DNA of 41,482 bases, from assembly GCA_027023175.1 (NCBI GenBank), contig JALVWW010000148.1, forward strand, positions 1 to 41,482. Direction: 5' to 3'. This document shows positions 35,877-41,482 of the stretch, one piece after another (within the stretch, counting starts at the first letter, position 1; every line of letters begins with the position of its first letter). The notes under the pieces were generated by a model, which saw only the letters and a list, made by a program, of their open reading frames with translations, ran no database searches and was not told where the DNA came from. The DNA is from Campylobacterales bacterium (GTDB lineage Bacteria > Campylobacterota > Campylobacteria > Campylobacterales > JALSKU01). The translations under genes and the position numbers were made by a program.

Positions 35877-37913
35877 GTGGCAAAAAAAGATAATAAAAAC
35901 AATAAAAACAATAATTTCTTCAGTGACAATCCTCTTTTGGTTTTTGCGATATTTTCTATCGTAATCATATTGATATTTAAGAGCTTTGTCAATCCAAGCA
36001 GCGGTGTTTCAGGGATGCAAGAGGGTGCTTTTGCAACCTCCAAGAGAGTAATAACAAAAAATGTTAACTATTCACAGATAAAAGATTTGATAAAAGCCAA
36101 AGAGGTACAGGAAGTTGCCATAGGCCAAACCATTATCAAAGCTGTTTCTAAAAATGGTGGTGAAAAAGTTATATATATTGCAAAAAAAGTTGGAGACGAT
36201 CCGACATTGATACCTCTTCTTGAAAAAAACAAGATTGCATATACTGCCTTTAATGAAACCAACTGGTTTAGTGAACTTCTTTTTTCCTGGATACTTCCTA
36301 TATTTATCTTTTTCGGTATTTGGATGTTTTTGGCAAATCGTATGCAAAAAAATATCGGTGGTGGAATTTTAGGGATGGGAAGCAGTAAAAAACTTGTAAA
36401 TTCTGAAAAACCCAATACCAAGTTTTCTGATGTCGCAGGGGTTGAGGAGGCAAAAGAGGAGGTTAAGGAGATAGTTGACTTTTTAATGCATCCTGACAGA
36501 TACTTAAGGCTGGGTGCCAAGATACCAAAAGGTGTACTTTTGGTGGGACCTCCGGGTACCGGTAAAACACTTTTGGCAAAAGCGGTTGCCGGTGAAGCGA
36601 ATGTTCCGTTTTTTTCAGTCTCAGGCTCATCTTTTATAGAAATGTTTGTAGGAGTGGGTGCCAGCAGGGTAAGAGATCTTTTTGAGGGAGCAAAAAAAGA
36701 GGCACCTTCTATAGTGTTTATAGATGAGATAGATGCTATCGGTAAAAGTAGAGCCGCAGCGGGAAATCTGGGTGGAAATGATGAAAGAGAACAAACTCTA
36801 AATCAACTCTTGGCTGAGATGGATGGCTTTGATAGCGAAAATGCACCTGTTATCGTTCTTGCTGCTACAAACAGACCGGAAGTACTTGACCCGGCTCTTC
36901 TTAGACCAGGTAGATTTGATAGACAAGTCCTTGTTGACAAGCCCGATTTTAAAGGTAGGGTAGCAATTTTAAAAGTTCATATAAAAGATATAAAATTAGC
37001 CAAAGATATAAATCTTGAAGAGATAGCAAGACTGACTGCCGGACTAGCCGGAGCTGATTTGGCAAATATTATCAATGAGGCGGCACTACTTGCGGGAAGA
37101 AACAACCAAGATGAAGTAAAACAAAAAGATATGATAGAAGCGGTTGAGAGAGCAATTGCCGGACTTGAAAAGAAAAGCAGACGAATAAATTCAAAAGAGA
37201 AAAGAATAGTTGCTTATCATGAGAGTGGACACGCTTTGATAGCCGAGACAACCAAAGGGGCCAAAAAAGTCTCAAAGGTTTCTATCATTCCTAGAGGCTT
37301 AGCGGCTCTTGGATACACTCTTAATACGCCTGAAGAAAATAAATACCTTATGCAAAGACATGAGCTTATAGCCGAAGTTGATACACTTTTGGGAGGTAGG
37401 GCTGCTGAAGAAGTGTTTATTAAAGAGATTTCAACCGGAGCCGGAAACGACTTAGAGAGAGCAACCGACATCATAAAGGCTATGGTCAGTATGTATGGTA
37501 TGAGTGAAGTTGCCGGTCTTATGGTGCTTGAAAAACAGCAAAATAGATTTATTCCGGGTGCTAGCAGTAAAGATTACAGTGAAAAGATGGCTGAACATTT
37601 AGATGAATATGTAAAAACTATGCTTGATGAGAGATATAAAAGAGTTTTGGGAACCTTAAGAGAGTATAGTGAAGCTATCGAAAACATAGTAAAAGAGCTT
37701 TTTGAAAAAGAGACTATAGAGGGAAAGGTTGTTAGGAAAATCATAAAAGATTTTGAAGAGAAAAACGGTATTATTAGAGAGGAGGATGAAAAAAATGATA
37801 TCCAAAAAGCTGAAAATGGCTTAGAAGAAAATGAAGATATCAGCAACGAAGATATTGCAAATGAGGATGAAAATCAAAACAGTGATACCGACAACAGTGA
37901 GTCCAAAGAGTAA
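35877..37913 (+). CDS. ftsH: ATP-dependent zinc metalloprotease FtsH
   Basis: 678 aa with a GTG start. Motifs are Walker A GPPGTGKT, Walker [13 protein letters not shown] and zinc site HESGHAL. It has an acidic C-terminal tail. Confidence 0.96.
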   Translation: MAKKDNKNNKNNNFFSDNPLLVFAIFSIVIILIFKSFVNPSSGVSGMQEGAFATSKRVITKNVNYSQIKDLIKAKEVQEVAIGQTIIKAVSKNGGEKVIYIAKKVGDDPTLIPLLEKNKIAYTAFNETNWFSELLFSWILPIFIFFGIWMFLANRMQKNIGGGILGMGSSKKLVNSEKPNTKFSDVAGVEEAKEEVKEIVDFLMHPDRYLRLGAKIPKGVLLVGPPGTGKTLLAKAVAGEANVPFFSVSGSSFIEMFVGVGASRVRDLFEGAKKEAPSIVFIDEIDAIGKSRAAAGNLGGNDEREQTLNQLLAEMDGFDSENAPVIVLAATNRPEVLDPALLRPGRFDRQVLVDKPDFKGRVAILKVHIKDIKLAKDINLEEIARLTAGLAGADLANIINEAALLAGRNNQDEVKQKDMIEAVERAIAGLEKKSRRINSKEKRIVAYHESGHALIAETTKGAKKVSKVSIIPRGLAALGYTLNTPEENKYLMQRHELIAEVDTLLGGRAAEEVFIKEISTGAGNDLERATDIIKAMVSMYGMSEVAGLMVLEKQQNRFIPGASSKDYSEKMAEHLDEYVKTMLDERYKRVLGTLREYSEAIENIVKELFEKETIEGKVVRKIIKDFEEKNGIIREEDEKNDIQKAENGLEENEDISNEDIANEDENQNSDTDNSESKE

Positions 37914-37915
37914 AA

Positions 37916-38566
37916 ATGCTATGTAGAAAAACAGAAATTATCGCAAAAGAGGGGTGGGGATATATAGGTTTTTTAACTTTTATATTTTTGATATCTCTGT
38001 TTTTGGATATTCCTTTTCTCTCATTTTTGCTTTTTTGTGCTACAGTTTTTGTAACTTTTATATTTAGAAATCCTGAAAGAATACCCTATGAATTGGACGA
38101 ACTTTCCATATTTGCACCGATTGACGGAAAAGTAACATATATAGGCAAAGTAAATGAAAAAAAATATTTTAAAAAAGAGATGTTGCTTATATCTATAAAA
38201 AGTTCACTTTGCGATGTAACTATGCTTAGAAATCCCTTGGATCTTGATATTGATAAAGTAAATGTGATACACGGGCTTAATATCGATGTAAAAAATGAAA
38301 AAGCAAAGCTTTTAAACGAGAGAGTGGAAATTGTAGCAAATTCGTATAAGGGTAATGTTTTGCTTAGAGTGATACTTGGAAAATGCGGTAGAAAAATATA
38401 TAGATTTTGTGAAAATTTTAAAAAGCTGAGAAAAGGAGACAGATACCTTTTTTTAAATGAAGGCCTCATTGAACTCTATCTTCCCCTTGAGTGCAGAATA
38501 AAAGTAGCCGAAGGTGAAAAGGTAAAAGCCTTGGAGAGTGTTTTGGGATACTTCTTGAGTGAATGA
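37916..38566 (+). CDS. Phosphatidylserine decarboxylase-related membrane protein (apparently lacking the Gly-Ser self-cleavage site)
   Basis: 216 aa with two N-terminal TM helices, then FRNPER and APIDGKV, which resemble PSD motifs. Its position between ftsH and pssA is conserved. No GS[ST] motif is present anywhere in the protein. Confidence 0.5.
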   Translation: MLCRKTEIIAKEGWGYIGFLTFIFLISLFLDIPFLSFLLFCATVFVTFIFRNPERIPYELDELSIFAPIDGKVTYIGKVNEKKYFKKEMLLISIKSSLCDVTMLRNPLDLDIDKVNVIHGLNIDVKNEKAKLLNERVEIVANSYKGNVLLRVILGKCGRKIYRFCENFKKLRKGDRYLFLNEGLIELYLPLECRIKVAEGEKVKALESVLGYFLSE

Positions 38567-38581
38567 GGATTTAGGATTTTT
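38567..38581 (+). repeat. Heptamer-family repeat, copy A5 (GGATTTAGGATTTTT)
   Basis: Begins at the first nucleotide after the TGA stop (38564-38566) of the psd-related gene. Confidence 0.75.
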
Positions 38582-38624
38582 GGCCTCTAGTTTTTTAGCT
38601 TATGCTTAATCCAAAGGATTTTTT

Positions 38625-39365
38625 GTGCAAAAACATACCAAGTCACACCTTGTATATATAATTCCCAACCTTTTTACCGCTGCCAGTGCTTTTATTGGAG
38701 TGTTGAGTATTATAGCATCTTCTAAAGGTGAGTTTGAAAAAGCTGTATATCTTATACTTTTATCACTTGTATTTGACGGGCTTGACGGTAGAGTAGCAAG
38801 ACTTACAAAGACTACTTCTAAGTTCGGTGCCGAGTTTGACTCACTTGCGGACTTGGTAGCTTTTGGTATGGCACCGGCTATGCTTTTTTATTTTGATATT
38901 GGTATTCATTATGCAAAAGTAGGCTCACTGCTTACGGCACTGTATGTACTTTTTGGAGCTTTGAGACTTGCAAGATTTAATGTAACCAATCCTTCAAACG
39001 AACCTTCTGTTTTTATAGGTGTACCTATACCTACTGCTGCGGTTTTTATAAGTATATGGATACTCTTTTTTGAAAAATACCATTTTTTAAAAGATAAAGC
39101 ATCATTTGCTCTTTTAGTTTTTATAGCTCTTATCTCTATGTTGATGGTCAGCAATATAAGATACCCAAGTTTTAAAAAGATAAACTTACCAAAAACTGAT
39201 ATCAAAAAAGTTCTTATTGTGCTTATCATATTTTTCTCCTTTATATATCTGTATCTTATAGAGTCTTTGGCATTTTTATTTACAGCATATATCTTATACG
39301 GTTTGATAAGAGGATATAAAAATTTTATCAAACGAAAAAAAATTGCAAAAAAAGATAAAATTTAG
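38625..39365 (+). CDS. pssA: CDP-diacylglycerol--serine O-phosphatidyltransferase
   Basis: 246 aa with a GTG start and the CDP-alcohol phosphatidyltransferase motif DGLDGRVAR...GAEFDSLADLV. Confidence 0.9.
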   Translation: MQKHTKSHLVYIIPNLFTAASAFIGVLSIIASSKGEFEKAVYLILLSLVFDGLDGRVARLTKTTSKFGAEFDSLADLVAFGMAPAMLFYFDIGIHYAKVGSLLTALYVLFGALRLARFNVTNPSNEPSVFIGVPIPTAAVFISIWILFFEKYHFLKDKASFALLVFIALISMLMVSNIRYPSFKKINLPKTDIKKVLIVLIIFFSFIYLYLIESLAFLFTAYILYGLIRGYKNFIKRKKIAKKDKI

Positions 39366-39371
39366 TATAAT
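39366..39371 (+). promoter_or_regulatory. Candidate -10 box (TATAAT) for a leader-leuA transcript
   Basis: Perfect TATAAT immediately after the pssA TAG stop, 27 nt upstream of the leader RBS. Confidence 0.3.
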
Positions 39372-39403
39372 TAGCGAGTTTTAAAAATTCAAAAGGAGAG
39401 AAT

Positions 39404-39493
39404 ATGAACGATAGTGTCATAGGTACGGTAAAAGCCATAAAATTTTTACCAAAAATCGAGATAAAAAACTCTCTCCTGCTGCTTCAACTCTAA
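39404..39493 (+). CDS. Candidate leucine-rich leader peptide upstream of leuA (MNDSVIGTVKAIKFLPKIEIKNSLLLLQL)
   Basis: 29-codon ORF not in the track (too short). AAGGAGAG RBS 5-6 nt upstream of the ATG. It has four consecutive Leu codons (CTC CTG CTG CTT) plus CTC before TAA, and lies 54 nt upstream of leuA. Confidence 0.4.
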   Translation: MNDSVIGTVKAIKFLPKIEIKNSLLLLQL

Positions 39494-39547
39494 TACTTCA
39501 ATACATTACAAATTTAAACAAACAATAAACCATATAAGGAATAAATT

Positions 39548-41065
39548 ATGAATACAAAAACTATAAAAATATTTGATACAACTTTAAGAGACGGAGAGCA
39601 AAGCCCGGGAGCTTCCATGAATACCGAAGAAAAAATCCAGATAGCTCTTCAGCTTCAAAAATTGGGAGTAGATATCATCGAAGCCGGTTTTGCGGCTGCA
39701 AGTAGCGGAGACAGTGATGCCATAAGACGCATAAGTGAGCAAGTAGAAAAAAGTACAGTTTGTTCGCTTGCAAGAGCATTGCCTAAAGATATAGAAGCTG
39801 CAGCTCATGCCATTGAGCCGGCATGTTATAAAAGAATACATACTTTCATAGCTACAAGCCCCATACATATGGAGTATAAGCTTAAGATGACTCCGGAACT
39901 TGTTATAAAAAAAGCTGTTGAAGCAGTAGAGTATGCCAAAACTTTTGTAGATGATGTGGAGTTTAGCTGCGAGGATGCAGGAAGAAGTGATATAGGCTTT
40001 TTAAAAGAGATACTTGATGCGGTTATAAAAGCGGGTGCCGGCACTCTAAATATTCCCGATACCGTTGGATATAGAATGCCAAACGAGATGGGAGCTATGA
40101 TAAAAGAGTTGTATGATTTTGTAGGAGATAAAGCTATCCTTTCAGTGCATTGTCATAATGATTTAGGACTTGCTCTTGCAAACTCTATAGCTTCCATAGA
40201 AAATGGAGCTAGACAGGTGGAGTGTACTATAAACGGACTTGGCGAGAGAGCAGGAAATGCCGCTCTTGAAGAGATAGTAATGGTTTTAAAAACTAGAAAA
40301 GATATTTTTGGAGAGTATAAAACAAATATAAATACAAAAGAGATATATCCTACAAGCAGACTTGTGGCAAATATCACGGGTATCATTCCTCAGCCAAATA
40401 AAGCAATAGTAGGCAAAAATGCTTTTGCACATGAAAGCGGTATTCATCAAGACGGAGTTTTAAAACATAAAGAGACTTATGAGATAATGAAATCAGAGGA
40501 TATAGGGCTTAATCATAACTCCATTATACTTGGTAAACATTCAGGCAGACACGCTTTTAAACAAAGAGTTAAAGATCTTGGATACAGTATAAGCGATGAA
40601 GAGTTGGATGAAGCATTTATCAAGTTTAAAGATTTGGCGGATAAGAAAAAAGAGATATTTGATGATGATATAAGAGCTATAGTAACAAGCGAAATAACCA
40701 AAATAGAAGAGATATACAAGCTTATAGGAATGCAGCTAAGTGACTGTAGCGGAGGAGTACCGACTGCCGCTATATCTATCAAGCATAATGATACTATTAT
40801 AAAAGATGCGGCTATCGGAGACGGCACTATAGATGCACTCTTTAAAACAGTTGATAGGATTAGCGGAATAAGCGGAGAATTGGTGGACTATAAAGTTGAT
40901 GCCGTTTCAAAAGGAAAAGATGCACTTGCAAGAGTTGTTGTAAAAGTTAGATTTGAAGATAGTAAAATGCCTGTAATGGGGCATGGGCTAAGCCTTGATA
41001 CGATGGAGGCTAGCACTAAAGCTTATGTGGGAGCATTAAATAGTTATCTATCTATGAAAAAGTAG
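39548..41065 (+). CDS. leuA: 2-isopropylmalate synthase
   Basis: 505 aa with [31 protein letters not shown] and a C-terminal LeuA dimerisation/regulatory domain. Confidence 0.95.
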   Translation: MNTKTIKIFDTTLRDGEQSPGASMNTEEKIQIALQLQKLGVDIIEAGFAAASSGDSDAIRRISEQVEKSTVCSLARALPKDIEAAAHAIEPACYKRIHTFIATSPIHMEYKLKMTPELVIKKAVEAVEYAKTFVDDVEFSCEDAGRSDIGFLKEILDAVIKAGAGTLNIPDTVGYRMPNEMGAMIKELYDFVGDKAILSVHCHNDLGLALANSIASIENGARQVECTINGLGERAGNAALEEIVMVLKTRKDIFGEYKTNINTKEIYPTSRLVANITGIIPQPNKAIVGKNAFAHESGIHQDGVLKHKETYEIMKSEDIGLNHNSIILGKHSGRHAFKQRVKDLGYSISDEELDEAFIKFKDLADKKKEIFDDDIRAIVTSEITKIEEIYKLIGMQLSDCSGGVPTAAISIKHNDTIIKDAAIGDGTIDALFKTVDRISGISGELVDYKVDAVSKGKDALARVVVKVRFEDSKMPVMGHGLSLDTMEASTKAYVGALNSYLSMKK

Positions 41066-41071
41066 TAATTT

Positions 41072-41482
41072 TTATGAAGGAGTCATGATCTTTAATATAA
41101 CTTGGTCTGTCTCCTTCATTCCCGAATTTGCTAAAAGACCTATATTTTTTATAGTCTCTTCTATATCATTAGCAATGATGCCTTCACCTCCATGTAAGGC
41201 TCTATTGGAAAGAGCAAGCATGGCAGAGTCGAAAGCACTATAAACACCTGTAGCAATTTTCATAGCACATGAAGCTTTTGCACCATCGCAAATAACACCT
41301 GAAATATTTCCCAAAGAGTTTGTTATAGCCATCGATATGGTTTTATAATCACCCCCTTGAAGATATGCTAAAGCTCCACTTACCGCACTTGTAGCACAAA
41401 TAACTCCGCAAAAAGCTGAGAGTCTTCCAATGCTGGACTTTAAGTGTATAGTTGCAAGATGTGAAAAGAAGAGGGCTCTTAT
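41072..41482 (-). CDS. UPF0597 / L-cysteine desulfidase-like (serine dehydratase alpha-like) protein, C-terminal part (gene continues off the right edge)
   Basis: The reading frame is open to the window end. GVICDGAKASCAMKIATGV...ETIKNIGLLANSGMKETDQVILKIM resembles the C-terminus of YhaM/CdsB-type proteins. Confidence 0.65.
   Translation of the reverse strand: MRALFFSHLATIHLKSSIGRLSAFCGVICATSAVSGALAYLQGGDYKTISMAITNSLGNISGVICDGAKASCAMKIATGVYSAFDSAMLALSNRALHGGEGIIANDIEETIKNIGLLANSGMKETDQVILKIMTPS

Noticed and set aside
839-41332. Numerous 60-160-aa ORFs in the track antisense to or nested in long genes (for example 839..1153, 5777..6223, 9230..9517, 17125..17553, 23608..24021, 34036..34524, 36068..36520, 38086..38469, 38909..39331)
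   Set aside because: Each lies entirely within a longer ORF that has clear family motifs on the other strand or frame. Their compositions (Ser/Phe/Leu/Ile-rich) are typical shadow ORFs.
1-41482. tRNA, rRNA, tmRNA, transposase, integrase or prophage genes
   Set aside because: No intergenic gap shows cloverleaf-type or rRNA-like sequence. No ORF shows DDE, tyrosine or serine recombinase motifs. The only candidate mobile structures are the repeat-flanked cassette at 13.4 kb and the 141-nt inverted-repeat element.

Overview
This is an AT-rich, densely packed bacterial chromosomal segment. Gene content and synteny point to Campylobacterota (Epsilonproteobacteria), perhaps Sulfurimonas/Campylobacter-like. 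The supporting arrangements are cheY-prmA-ftsH-psd-like-pssA, ccoI-ccoS plus cytochrome c553, and an LPS/LOS inner-core locus in the Campylobacter order gmhB-hldD-hldE-gmhA/waaF...lpxL-waaC. The taxon is inferred from remembered synteny, not searched. Left to right: rimO (partial), flavin reductase-like, panC, prfB, hypothetical, dnaX, murI, rho, hemerythrin-like, ccoI, ccoS, cyt c553, TPR protein, then the heptose/LOS locus with a very AT-rich variable glycosyltransferase/O-antigen-ligase block. After that come an MNT antitoxin with a truncated HEPN partner, a PolB-like exonuclease, ugd, hisH-[type IIG R-M]-hisA, cheY, prmA, ftsH, psd-related, pssA, a candidate Leu leader peptide, leuA, and a partial UPF0597/cysteine desulfidase-like gene. 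I found no rRNA, tRNA, CRISPR array, transposase or integrase. Six things are not explained by ordinary annotation. (1) Two families of short-period purine-rich repeat arrays (8-nt GGNGRTAA type, 7-nt AGGATTT type) mostly begin at or within a few nt of stop codons, place TAA/TAG in all three frames and look like Shine-Dalgarno sequences. (2) A four-helix-bundle (23S rRNA IVS protein family) gene is bracketed by oppositely oriented octamer arrays, interrupts the conserved hldD-hldE pair and donates the hldE start codon. (3) A 1128-aa single-polypeptide type IIG restriction-modification gene is inserted between hisH and hisA with ATGA overlaps at both junctions, and carries an extra ~150-aa in-frame module with a local GC spike. 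(4) A 29-codon ORF ending in LLLLQL sits upstream of leuA and is followed by a 56-nt G-free tract. (5) A 141-nt nested inverted-repeat element lies in the panC/prfB divergent region. (6) There is a decayed MNT-HEPN toxin-antitoxin module. All functional interpretations are hypotheses and no database search was possible.
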